From NCBI RefSeq assembly GCF_006345805.1, contig NC_043003.1:59706001-59770000 (forward strand): a stretch of DNA of 64,000 nt. Direction: 5' to 3'. The notes beneath the pieces are model-generated. The model saw nothing but the letters and a program-made list of their open reading frames with translations. It made no database searches and had not been told where the DNA came from. The DNA comes from Octopus sinensis (lineage: Eukaryota). Position 1 is the stretch's first letter; each line of letters begins with the position of its first letter. Both the position numbers and the translations under genes were made by a program. Positions 1-12,135 of the stretch are shown piece by piece.

Positions 1-592
1 GCAAAAGAATAATACTACTACAACAAATAATAAATACTGTATGTGTCTAAAAAGTAATACAAAATAAAACAGAACAATGTAGATTTTTCAATCGTGGCTT
101 CCGGTCTGAACTCTTTTATCAAGAATCGTTTCCACCATCTGTAATTTGGATGGTTTTCATGATTAATGTACAACACAAACCAGTCGCCATATTTATAACG
201 TTTCTTTATGAAATATAGTACTTTCTTAAATAAAACAATATTATATATCCAAAGAACTGAGAAAGCATATATATATCTTCCTTCCTTCAACACACTGAAT
301 TTGTCTTCTGGCTAATTTGACATATTTTGCTTTTACCTTTTTTTCTCTCTCCATTTTCTTTCCTTTTTTGCCTGGTATTAGTCTTTTTCCTTCCTATTTT
401 TTTGTTTCTAATTACTTTTTTTTATATTTCTATATGAATTTTGTGTTGCTTTTACATGTATTTCGTTATGTACTTTAGCATTTATTACTATTTTTTTTAC
501 TCTCCAAATACTACTTAGTTTGTACATGTGTGTATCGTATAAGCATTTGGGTTTTTCTGTGATTATAGAATCCTACAATGGAGCCGAAGGAT

Positions 593-650
<58 letters not shown>

Positions 651-1295
651 ACACACATATATATATATATGAAAGCTGTTGGTGGATATCCGTTGCTGTT
701 TATACAAAGTCATACACTTACAACACCGCTTTGTACTAGCTTCCTCACTACAATAAGAAAAACACACGCAAAAAAGAAGAACATCATATACCATTTGCCT
801 GAGGAGATATATATGAGAAACCTGCAAGAGTGTATAAAAACATGAACCATGTCGAAGAGATGTTCTTGGCATAGTAATAAACAAACGGGGTGAGGAACGA
901 GTACTTAAGGCTGAATGTCCCCAGATTATATATATTGGAACCCCCCACAATTTTTTCTTTTCAGTAGATAGACGGCTCCCATCTGCCTCTGAATACAGTG
1001 TAGTAAAGTTCTTTATGTCAACACTGAGTACTGTGATGCCATTATTGTGAATTTTCCTTTGTCGTGGAAGATTTTTTATGCTAATATTTTGGGGAAAATG
1101 GGATACATAATAATAATAAGTACCAAATTTACATTTAGTAATTCAAGTAAAAGAAAAATAAATATTTTGAAATCGAAATATAGTAATTTTTTAATGTCGT
1201 AAACAAGAGCAAAGAATCTAATGCATTGCCAGAAATTTGCAAATGTGCTGCTGGTTTCGATTTTCTTTATACTGTATGTCCTTGTTTCAGAAGAG

Positions 1296-1357
1296 TGAAC
1301 TGTAGTTTGGGAAGTATGAACTGTAGTTTGGGAAGTATGAACTGTAGTTTGGGAAGT
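1296..1357. repeat. 21-bp minisatellite x3 (tgaactgtagtttgggaagta)
   Basis: Units start at 1296, 1317 and 1338. Confidence 0.95.
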
Positions 1358-2682
1358 GTCCTGTACAATAGCATTGTTAATGAAACGAAACAAATGTAAA
1401 GCGAAATCAAAGAAAATAACACTCGGCACACTAGAGATAACCATTCGTCAAATTCTATCTCGTAGCTAAAACTTCCATCTTATAATGGAAGACTAAGGAA
1501 ACGTTAAAGGAGAAAGCAACAGCTATAGCGAAAGTGTTGAAAGAGAGGGAGAGAAAGTATCATAAAGAAAGGTAAATTAGATAGATGAATATATATGTGA
1601 GAGGTAGACAAAATGGGAAGGAGAGAGAGGAAGCACTAATAAGCAATAAATAGCATAAAGAAGAAAACAGTGTTCTGTAATGGAGAATGGGAAATAGAGA
1701 AGTAACGTGATACAATAAAGGCACAGTGTTTGAGTGAATGAGAGGAAAAGGGGAAATATGAAGTCAGTAATAATAATGCAGGGAATAGTCAAAAATATTA
1801 ATTTCCGCAGCTATGAGCTGAAACTACATCAATATATATATATACACACATACATACGTACATAGGTATGTGTGAGAACGTTGTTTAACTTTATATTCAT
1901 TATTGCAATTGGTATTATTTATTACGTATCACAATATCAATTGTGATATGTATTCAGGATTCCAATGCTTCATTATTATCGTAATAGTTTTTGTCTAATC
2001 GTATTTTTCTAATCTTATCGATTGCAGGAGAGAATGATATATTAAATATTGCTTTCTTTATTTTTCTAGAACTCTCTTCCTATGAAGCTAGATGTAAAGA
2101 CTGAATTAGAGGCGAGTATAAAATCTTTCTAATATTACAGTTCCTTTGTTATTCGTTTTTAAATAACTTTCATTATTCTTATTTAAATTGGCCAAGACAG
2201 ACAGGCAATACTGCTTTGACGAAAGAGGTTTCATGGTGGACATGACTGAAACCAATAAAAATAGATACCTTTTATTTTGACCCAATCTCTCATTACATTT
2301 TCCATTTCCACAAGAGGAGGGAGATAAAGAGGGTCTTGCTGTCATTCAGAAAATATCTTGAAAGTGAAATGAGAGGATGAACATGACCGATTGAATACAC
2401 ATGTTCTCAGTAAGCGCCTCTAGACTGGGAAATAAATATTTGATAGGGAATCCACTCTTGGTACTCAGGTTAATCCTGAATCCATTTAAGTGCTCGATTG
2501 GCTCCTTTTCTTGAGATATTGCTACATTTTGTGTGATACGTATACTATCACTTTCCATTTCATAACATTCCAGTTTCAGGGCAAAGCCTAATAAATTCTT
2601 TGTAAGCTATGCCTGCAATGTTCACCAGGTTTTGTACATGTGGCAGTTATAAAGAAAGAAATATTATTATTATCAAGAGAAT

Positions 2683-3500
2683 GAAGCGGCAAGATGGCAG
2701 AATGGTTAGGTCACCGGACAAAATGCTTAGCGGCATTTCGTCTGTCTTTATATTCTGAGTTCAAATTCCGCCGAGGTCGACTTCGCCTTTCATCTTTTGG
2801 GGTCAATGAAATAAACACTAGTCAAATACTAGGGTCAATTTAAACGACTATCCCTCTTCTCCCAAAGGTCCCGAACTTGTGCCTATAGTAGAAAGGATTA
2901 TTATCAACAGAATCGTTAGAGTGTCGGATAAAATACTTAGTAGAATTTCTTCAAGTTTTTCTAAGTTTAGGGTACTAATTCTTCCGATGTCAATTATGCC
3001 TTTCATCTTTTCGGGTTCGTTGAAATGAGTACCAGTGGAGCATTAAGGTCCATGTAATCTCTAACTCCTTTCCCCGCAAAATTTGCAAGCCTTGAACCAA
3101 AATTTGAAACCATTATTATTATTATGAAGGCGGTGAGCTGGCAGTATCATTAAAGTATCGGACAAAATTTGCGTTATTGCGTTATTTGTTCAAATCCCTT
3201 CGGGGCCAACTTTGCCACTCATCTTTCTCTGATCGATAAAATAAATTACAAGTCAAGTACTTGAGTCGATGGTATCGACTATCCCCCCCTACCCTCGAAA
3301 ATGTTGGCCTTCTGCTTACATCAGAAATCATAATTATTATTGTTGTTGTTGTTGTTATGTGGAATTATAGAATCCTTAGAGGGATGGAAAAATGCCTTAG
3401 GATACTTGCTCCGGTTCTTTATGTTCTGATTTCAAATTCCGTTGAGTTTAACTTCTTTTCATCCTTTCGGAATTGACGAAGTACTAGTCAAGTACTGTGA
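2683..3500 (+). mobile_element. Head-to-tail stack of four SINE family B copies
   Basis: Units start near 2683, 2908, 3124 and 3365. Each has variants of ggcagaa..gttag...ttctgagttcaaattcc...cctttcatcctttcggggtcgat and they are separated by short (ATT)n or (GTT)n runs. Confidence 0.8.
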
Positions 3501-3591
3501 TCTATTATTTTGCCTGTGAGAACCATCTTAATCTGCAGTTTTTATCTTCCTTGGGAGCTTTCACTGGGTACTGGGTACATGCAGTGGTTTG

Positions 3592-3665
3592 TTTTCTATG
3601 TTCTTGTATACTGGCAGTACGTTACGAGTTTTCTATGTTCTTGTATACTGGCAGTACGTTACGAG
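3592..3665. repeat. Exact 37-bp tandem duplication
   Basis: ttttctatgttcttgtatactggcagtacgttacgag occurs twice (3592-3628, 3629-3665). Confidence 0.95.
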
Positions 3666-4143
3666 ATTAGCTAGCAGCCCTAATATTGCTGTACTAATAT
3701 TGAATTTTATGTATAACAATTTTCTGTTTCCTTCTTTAGTTAGTAAGCAAATCTTGATGATATAGTTCGTAGTGTGGAGCGTATTGTGCATTGTGACTCT
3801 CTTAGTTCTTCTAACGTTTGTAACTCTTTCTTATTCCATTTTACAAAAATTGATGAAAAGCTTAGTATTGCCGAAACCCATGTATTCATTTCTTTGATAA
3901 TATTCCCTCCGTTTAATTTTGTTTCGAGCGCCTTTGGACCTTTTGCATTATCCTGATGTATGTTTGGAGATTTTCTCTCTCGTTTCTCTATGCATTACAT
4001 AATCGAGCAGAGTACTTCTATCCCTGGGTACTTCTATCCCTTCTTTTCTCTCAGTAATTTCATGATATCATTTTGAAGTAATTTTATACAATCTCAATTA
4101 ATCTTTTGAACTCCCCATGTTCTCATTGCTTTTTATCATGACT

Positions 4144-4216
<73 letters not shown>

Positions 4217-4274
4217 ATCATTATTATTATTATAATCATTATTATTATTATTTTTGTTGTTGTTGTTATTATTA

Positions 4275-4473
4275 TCACGCCGAGAAAGATGCTTAGCTGC
4301 ATTTCGTCTGTTTTTACGTTCTGAGTTCAAATTCTGTCGGAGTCGCCCTTACATTTCATCCTTTCGGTATCGAGGAATTAAGTATCAGTTGAGTACTAGG
4401 GTCGATGTAATGGACTTACCCCGACCGCCACAAAAAAAAAAAAAATTCAGGCCTTGTGCCTTCAGTAGAAAAG

Positions 4474-4475
<2 letters not shown>
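4275..4475 (+). mobile_element. SINE family B
   Basis: cacgccgagaaagatgcttagc...ttctgagttcaaattc...ttcatcctttcgg...gggtcgatgtaat, embedded in ATT repeats. Confidence 0.8.
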
Positions 4476-4513
<38 letters not shown>

Positions 4514-5029
4514 GTATTTCATTGAAACTATTATTGTATAAAAAATATCTATTATATATTAGTATATTTTATCATTATTATGCATTATTACTGTTCTATT
4601 GAAAATTCTCGCAAGGAATGACCTCATTTACAATACCAGTCATATACCACTATTACTTTAGCACTTTTTCTACTGCTTGCCAAAATGAATTCTTGTAGCA
4701 GTAGTACTATTAGTAGTTGTTGTTGTTGTCGTAATAGTAGTAGCTGTAGCAAGAGTGGAAGTGGTGGGTGTTCTTGGTGATTGGAGGCTATATCGAGAGA
4801 TCACGTCGTCGCTTAAGTCAGTCCTCAACCTTGCGTCAACTTCCGGTTGTAACAACGGCATTTACGAGAAGACATTTTCTTGTGGGGGAAAAAGCTAAAC
4901 CATTCAGCCTGCTTTCATGTAAAAATCTTTATACTCGTGCCATAAAAATCATACAAAAACCCACCTAATAATAACAACAACAACAATAATAACAACCATG
5001 ATAATAACAAAGATAATAATAATAACAAT

Positions 5030-5089
<60 letters not shown>

Positions 5090-5967
5090 CATAATCGCTA
5101 TTGTTTTTTTTTGTTGGTTTTGTTGCTGTTATTTATTTATGAACGTCGTTATTATATCAATGTTAAAAGATAGGCTGGTTCACAAGAAGAAATGTAGTAG
5201 GGACAGAGAGAGACATGGTGCCTTGAGGGAAGAAACTGCAGTTCGAACCTTGTATTCCTTCACTGGAAATAAAATAATAATAGTTTTGGTCCCGGATCTT
5301 ACCCCATCACGATTATGTGACTTGTCTGAGCGGCTCACGTTCAAAGCTCTCACGCACAGACGTCTTACCTGAAGGGCAATAATACATCTCTAGAAAATTC
5401 ATCCCACATACACGCACACACACACTTACACACACTCTTACATACGTTCACACACACTCATATTTACATAAACATATGTACGTGCATACATACATATTCA
5501 TGTTAGTCAATAGCCAATAATTATCATTATCGTTGTTGCTGTCGTTATCATCAAAATCTTTGTTGTGATGTTCTTGTTGTTGATGCTATTGTTGTTGTTG
5601 TTGTTGTCCTTACTGTTATCACTGATGTCATCATCATCATCATCATCATCATCAACTTATCATCATGATCATCGTTTTCTTTATCGTAATTACGTGGTTA
5701 ATGTAATTTCATGTATTCAAGAAGAAAAAAATATTTTTCTTTTATGCATAAATGCACATACAATTATATAATATACATACATATATATATATATATATGC
5801 ATTTACACATACTTACACCTATATACACACATATATATATATATACATGTATATACATGTATATATATATATGCGTACACACACATATATCACATATTTA
5901 TATATACACATACATAAACACACACATATATATGCACATACATATACACATATTTGGGAGGAATCTG

Positions 5968-6017
<50 letters not shown>

Positions 6018-7568
6018 ATATATAGGTGTGCGTATGTGTCAGTGTGTATGTGTATATATACATATATATATATATTCACGAAGAAGCACACAGATTATAA
6101 TATTCTTCAAAACCTTATTTTATTATCAAGAATTTGATTATATTTTTATTCATATATTCATTTCTATGTCTATTCATTTTTAAGGTGGGTAGAATTCAGG
6201 CTAAATATTTGTCGTTGTTTTCTTGTTGAAGCTTTTGCAGTTTTCCTTTTCCTTGTTGTAGCTTTTCTCATTGAAATTGAATTTGTTGTTGTTGCTGTGT
6301 TATTACTGTTTTTGTTGTTGCCATAGTAAGGCCTCTCCCTTTTATTGGTATCCTTCAATTAGGAAGAAGAAACAGAACAAATGCGCGTGTGTGTGTGTTG
6401 ACATGGGTCGTCGAGAGTTTGTTTCTGCGTAAATGGGTATATGTGACATGCATTGATGCGAGCGCGTCTTTTGGTATATATATATGTTACATTTGAATGC
6501 ACATGTATGTATTTACATAAATGTACACAACATGTATGAAAACCCATTCGATACATATATGCTCGTATGTAATTTTCTTTTTACTTGGATTATTTCTATG
6601 AGGAAGGAAGGATATGGTTCTTAACAAAGAAACAATGCTCCATCGCTTGAATTTGGTTAACAAAATGTTTTCACACACACACATGTATGTTGTGTTTATG
6701 AAAATATGTATATAAACATATATATATATATATGTGTGTGTGTGTGAGAATGTATCTATATATAAGTGTATATGTGCGTATGCATGTATATGCACGTTTT
6801 TGTTGAGATATATGAAGGCAATAAAGATTAAATATCGTCTATAAAACATTTGATAATCGGATATTTCGGGCAAAAATACCCTTTGTTAAGGGTTCTTTTT
6901 AGTTATGGTTCTGTGTTAAGTCTCCTTGTTCAACTATAATGAATAGTTGGACGTTCAAGTGTTATGTATATATATATTGACTCAAATGTGATAAAGGTGT
7001 TCCTGCCCTCTCGGCATAAGCAGCAAGATTACTGACAGAACTGGTAAACAGGAATCAATTATTCTCACTATAGGTTAGTCCTAACTGGTTCCATATCAAC
7101 GTGGAAATTGACGGAAACGAGTTGTTACTCAAATGTATTCTTCATTAGAATAATCATACACGCGCAAGGTGTCCCAAACGAAGCTCTTAATACACACACA
7201 TACACGTCTGTGTGTGTGTACGTGCGCATTTGTGAGCGTTATCATGGAGCAACATTTCAAATTGCTTGTAGGTAGGTTTTGATCTCAGGACACAAGAGCA
7301 CATAACTAAATTTCTATTTTTAATATATTTTAAATATAAGCATCTTTCATATGAAAACCGCTCAGAGTGGTGTGAGACGTTTTCAGTACTTGAATGAACC
7401 TTGCCGGAATGTTCACGGTTGGGATGTTCTTAACGAGATGTTTGAAAATGAAACTGATATTTGTTTCAAAGTCTACAGCAGTAATACTTGCAACTTTATC
7501 ACGTGTTGAATATACATCAATAGCAATATCAACATCAACATTAAACGCAATATCATGGAATCGACATC

Positions 7569-7985
7569 AAGGCGGCGAGCTGGCAGAAACGTTAGCAACG
7601 CCGGGCGAAATGCTTTGCTGTATTTCATCTGTCTTTTATGTTCTGAGTCCAAATTCCGCTGAAGTTGACTTTGCCTTTCATCCTTTCGGGATCGATAAAT
7701 CAAGTGCTAGTGGCGTACTGTGGTCGATGTAATTGATTTAATCCCTTTGTCTGTCCTTGTTTGTCCCGTCTATGTTTAGCCCCTTGTTGGTAATAAAGAA
7801 ATAAGAAACGTTAGCAACGCCGGGCGAAATTCTTAGCGGTATTTCATGTCTTAACGTTCTAGTTTGAGTTTGCCTTTCATCCTTTCGGGGTCGATAAATC
7901 AAGTACTATTTGCGTACTGTGGTTGATCTAATCGACTGGCCCCCTACCCCGAAAATTTCAGGCCTGTGTGCCTAGAGTAGAAAAA
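7569..7985 (+). mobile_element. Dimeric SINE family B
   Basis: aaggcggcgagctggcagaaacgttagcaacgccgggcgaaat starts the first unit, and agaaacgttagcaacgccgggcgaaat recurs at about 7804 after a linker (ttaatccctttgtctgtcc...). Confidence 0.8.
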
Positions 7986-8054
7986 AATATCGTCAACAAC
8001 ATCATAGTCATCGTCGTCAAATAAAACGCTTGCCAGTAAATGTCTCGTCTTCAG

Positions 8055-8129
8055 GTGTTGGCTCGCAACAGTTTAATGCAGATCATTAATCGCATTAAGC
8101 TCATGGGGTCTCTAAAAGCTCAGCAACCG
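8055..8129 (+). CDS. Candidate 75-nt internal host exon, phase 0-0, VLARNSLMQIINRIKLMGSLKAQQP; gene unknown
   Basis: Acceptor tgtctcgtcttcag|G and donor CCG|gtaatg. The length is a multiple of 3, only frame 0 is open, and the peptide is non-repetitive. I recognise no homolog. Confidence 0.4.
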
Positions 8130-8296
8130 GTAATGGATATTGTCCTTTCTTCCAGACTGATCGAGTAGCACAAAAAGAGAAACACAAAAACAAATAAACA
8201 AATGGGTGTAAATACGTTTCCTTAAATGAAATTACGTAGAAAACTCTTTAGCAATTGAGACGAGACAGTGGTCAATATAAGAAGGAGCAACAAAAC

Positions 8297-8311
8297 TACC
8301 ACTACTACTAT

Positions 8312-8374
<63 letters not shown>

Positions 8375-8387
8375 TACTACTACTACT

Positions 8388-8482
<95 letters not shown>
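8297..8482. repeat. Compound (ACT)n-(AAT)n microsatellite
   Basis: Direct inspection; it explains the poly-Y/T/L/N/I ORFs. Confidence 0.95.
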
Positions 8483-8484
<2 letters not shown>

Positions 8485-9135
8485 CAATACCACTCCTGCA
8501 ACAATTTAAACGGAGTAGGGTTGTTCAACTAGAACAAAAATAAGAGTTACTAGTAATTCTCAAACATTTTCAGTATTGTAGTTCCTGCAGGCAATAACAG
8601 AGTAATTCTTATACATTTCTTTTACTTTCATTTCTTATTTCTTCCCTCGAGGTGAAATGTTGACACCAGTGGAGTGAGAGCGGGAGCATTTTCTTGTTCG
8701 TTGCTTTTTGTAATGTTAAGTAACAAAAAAAAAAAAAACACAAGCAAACGTACAAAGAAATATGCATACAAACGTATAAAGAAAAAAGATGCATGCAAAT
8801 GTTCAAACGTACGCAACGCGTAAGTGCAAAAGCGAATATTAATACAAAATAGAATGAAAATAAAATGGACGAATTATGAAAAGCAGATAAATAAACATAT
8901 AAACAAATATGTCAGCCGAACCATTAAAGTTTAAGTGAATTGTAAATGAGGCGGTGTGGAAGCGAAATGAGTTTAAAAACTGGTTTAATGTAAACGATTA
9001 TATGAGGTCATTTAGTATAGGCATGTAAAATACAAACGAAGCGCTGTATTTCCTTGATGAATTCAAACACTCAAGAACACTCACAAATGCATAATCGCGC
9101 TCACATGCAAACAAACGAGTATATATTACTTTTGT

Positions 9136-9250
9136 GGAGGCGCAATGGCCCAGTAGTTAGGGCAGCGGACTCGCGGTCGGACGATCGAGGTTTCGATTCC
9201 CCGACCGGGCGGTGTGTGTGTTTATTGAGCGAAAATATCTAAAAGCTCCA
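9136..9250 (+). mobile_element. tRNA-like SINE head of a third family (not a tRNA gene)
   Basis: A-box-like tggcccagtagttag and B-box-like ggtttcgattcc, without a proper cloverleaf acceptor stem, continuing into gtgtttattgagcgaaaa. Confidence 0.65.
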
Positions 9251-9744
9251 CATATATACAAACAGAAGAATTGGAAGTTTTCGTTGAGTACAATGAAATT
9301 GAAAGTCCTTGTAAGTACTATCCTGTTATTTGGTGTACTAGCGTTGGATCCTTACACTATTATCATTTTGCGGGTTTTTGAAGGTACAGTTCTTCTATTG
9401 TTTTCGGAGAAACAAGATGGGAATTCAACTCAGATGTTGCAATATCCCACTGCTGTAAGTCACTGCATTAATTCACCAAACTGGATGAGTAATTTTTTCA
9501 TCAAACTCAAAGAAGTGTACAATAGACCTAAGCTTCATAGAACTCAAACAACAGTAAGCCGCAACAAACAAGACCAAACTTTCAATCCAACGACGTATCC
9601 ACACTGTCATTTCGCATACATATCCATAAACCCCCCATCCAAAACTGGCACTCCAGTTGATCCAATCAACGAAAGAGTCCACTAGAGAAATTGATGTGCA
9701 ATTCACAGACACTCGTACTCTTCAGGAAGTTCTCACAGAGATCC

Positions 9745-9922
9745 AGTATGACACATGGGGCTGGCCGTTTGAATTACGGGTTCAACTCATTTTTGCCAGC
9801 TGAGGGGACTGAGTCAGCGTGAAATAAAGTGTTTGCTCAAGGACGCAATGCACTACCGGATAGCGAACTCATGACCTTACGATCGAAAGCCGAATACATT
9901 AAACAATAAATCCTGCGCCTTC
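9745..9922 (-). mobile_element. tRNA-headed SINE fragment; related copy near 23150-23290
   Basis: On the minus strand: ggcgcagg...gatcgtaaggtcatgagttcg...gtccttgagcaaacactttatttcacg...cagctggcaaaaatgagt. The copy near 23200 shares ctcaagga and ttacgatcg. Confidence 0.6.
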
Positions 9923-9950
9923 ACCCCTTCTTCACAAACGCATATATGCC

Positions 9951-10148
9951 CTTACTCTTTACTCTTTTACTTGTTTCACTCATTTGACTGTGGCCATGCT
10001 GGAGCACCGCCTTTAGTCGAGCAAATCGACCCCAGGTCTTATTCTTTGGATGCCTAGTACTTATTCTATCGGTCTCTTTTGCTGAACCGCCGGGTTACGT
10101 GGACGTAAACACACCATCATCGGTTGTCAAGCAAAGTTGGGGGGGACA

Positions 10149-10197
<49 letters not shown>

Positions 10198-10369
10198 CAT
10201 ATATACGACGGGCTTCTTTCAATTTCCGTCTACTAAATCCACTCACACTTTGGTCGACCCGAGGCTATAGTAGAAGACACTCGCCCAAGGTGCCACGCAG
10301 TGGGACTGAACCCGGAATCATGTGGTTGGTAATCAAGCTACTTACCACACAGTCACTCCTATCTACGCC
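9951..10369 (-). mobile_element. tRNA-derived SINE family A (internal CA/TA microsatellite), near full length
   Basis: On the minus strand: tRNA-like head, then cttgggcgagtgtcttctactatagcc core, internal (TA)n(TG)n, and a 3' half ending acaagtaaaagagtaaagag. Homologous to other copies in the window. Confidence 0.85.
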
Positions 10370-10544
10370 TGTATGTGTATGTATGCTTGGAAACACGCGT
10401 CTATGCGTAGTTATATTAATACAAACAAGAACACGAACACGCACTCCTGCATCTAAATCATACGTGTCCTCATCACGTCATATGTTGTAGCTATTACTAC
10501 TAGCACTACTAAAGAAACAACAACAACAACAACTACTACAACTA

Positions 10545-10601
<57 letters not shown>

Positions 10602-11519
10602 TCTGCCTACACGTCATGAGATTATGAAATGCAGCTGCCACCATGTAATACATGCATCTATACACACACACATATATATATAAGTACGTATATGCGTGCA
10701 TATATGTCATTGTATGTGTGAAACTATTTCAAGATGTTTGTGTATGTTGATAAGGTTATTTATTTATTTATTGTTGGAATTTCCTGAAATCCTTTATAGA
10801 ATTATATTTATGATAATGTTTATTCGCCTATTATTCTATTATCGCATTATGTTTTACTGCTCTCTGATATTTCATAGTTTTGTTGTAGTTTAACTCATAA
10901 TTGTTCTCTGTTTTACCAGTATATTATATATTGTATGCATTTCAGATAGTGCTTACATATGTTTCGCCTTCATAAAGATACATACAAGTGTGTGATGGTG
11001 TCTTATTCAATATATTACCTGATATAAATGATTTGACTTACATAAAAATAAATGCATAGTTATATATATATATACACGTCGTATTTGAATACGGATGGAG
11101 TTGTGAGCTGTATATTTGCAAATGCGCGAAAAATATTCAATATATAGAGTAAAATACATACAGACTATTATTATTATTATTGTTATTATTAGCATTTCGG
11201 ATCGTAACTGTTGTTTCTTGCAACCTAACGTTTAAACATATCGCTTTAACAATTACAACTGGGAAAATGAGATTTGTGAAGTACGAAGTTACAGATTCTT
11301 ACACACAAATACATAGGTTCTCACCCACCCCACACAATCTCTCTCTCAAGCACAAACATACACGCACGCAGATGTATATATATATTATACCGTTATTCAA
11401 ATATAAAGGAGCTTATTCATGAATGTAAAGTTTCCTAACATTGAACGAAAGGTCGAAACTTGTAACATATGAAATGAGAAGCGCAAGCATTTGTCAAATA
11501 AATTTCAGAGATTCATAAG

Positions 11520-12135
11520 GTCTCAAGGAATATTATTTGTTTGATTGATAAGCATTTTCGGATACCCAAATGTATGAGAAATTTTAATAGAATTTTTAAT
11601 AGACATTCATTGAAAGTCTCTTATAGCTACTTCTTCGGCATGAGAAACATTTTTACATGTAAATCACACATTATTTGATTTCCTTGGTCTATTACATGTA
11701 CGGTTCATACTCCGAAATGTAATTACAGGTTACTACTCGGTCTCGATTGCATGGTTAGCCCAGAGATTTACAAAGTTGAGATCACTCAGTTCCACAAAAT
11801 AACGAAACTGAAACGTAAATTGGTCTATGTGTTTGTGACATTAAAATAGAATATGCCAACTACCAGACTTCTTTTCAACATCTAGATAAGGAGAAAACCA
11901 CTAAGTAGTCATAGCTGGCACCTACTTTACGACAACACATTCTACAGTGAAGCATCATAGAACGATCTACGCCATACGTAAATGGGTCGAGGAGATGCAG
12001 GCTTTAAATAACCGAAAGAAAATAACATATGAAAGAAAATAACATATGAGGACTACATCGACTCATTGATTACTAGATCCGAGATTTTCACTAAATGCAG
12101 GCACATCGATAAGTTTCTCTTATCGAACGAGAAAC
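11520..12135 (+). mobile_element. Degenerate PLE 3' fragment (post-RT linker plus GIY-YIG endonuclease)
   Basis: Frameshifted or stop-containing pieces in PLE order: LIDKHF (11541-11558), RIFNRHSLKVSYS (11589-11627), EIYKVEIT (11763-11786), T*IGLC (YIG motif with Y mutated to stop, about 11813-11830), KIEYANYQTSFQH, LSSHSWHL, RCRL*ITE, KCRHIDKFLL (12093-12122). Confidence 0.85.

Noticed and set aside
790-1100. Open frames on both strands (minus: IHNNGITVLSVDIKN...RLSTEKKKLWGVP), faintly piggyBac-like
   Set aside because: The diagnostic YN..MGGVD motif is absent and there is no coherent splice-site pair.
1296-1357. Short direct repeats (21-bp x3 here; 37-bp x2 at 3592) as a CRISPR-like array
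   Set aside because: The units are contiguous with no unique spacers, the context is eukaryotic, and there are no cas genes.
5711-6873. Many 60-240 aa ORFs rich in I/Y/H/T/V/C (also around 14.2-15.0, 19.2-20.1, 39.5-41.3, 52.0-52.4 and 55.7-57.7 kb)
   Set aside because: They are translations of TA/CA/GT microsatellites, open in several frames and on both strands, with no domain motifs.
9136-9212. Possible tRNA gene
   Set aside because: The A and B boxes are present, but there is no consistent acceptor or anticodon stem and it runs into a SINE body.
9212-9685. 157-aa ORF with a signal-peptide-like stretch (MKLKVLVSTILLFGVLA); another frame has ETRWEFNS, reminiscent of the hAT TRWNS motif
   Set aside because: The ORF starts inside a SINE head, the rest has no recognisable domain, and a single short motif cannot support a transposase call. 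A profile search would be needed.
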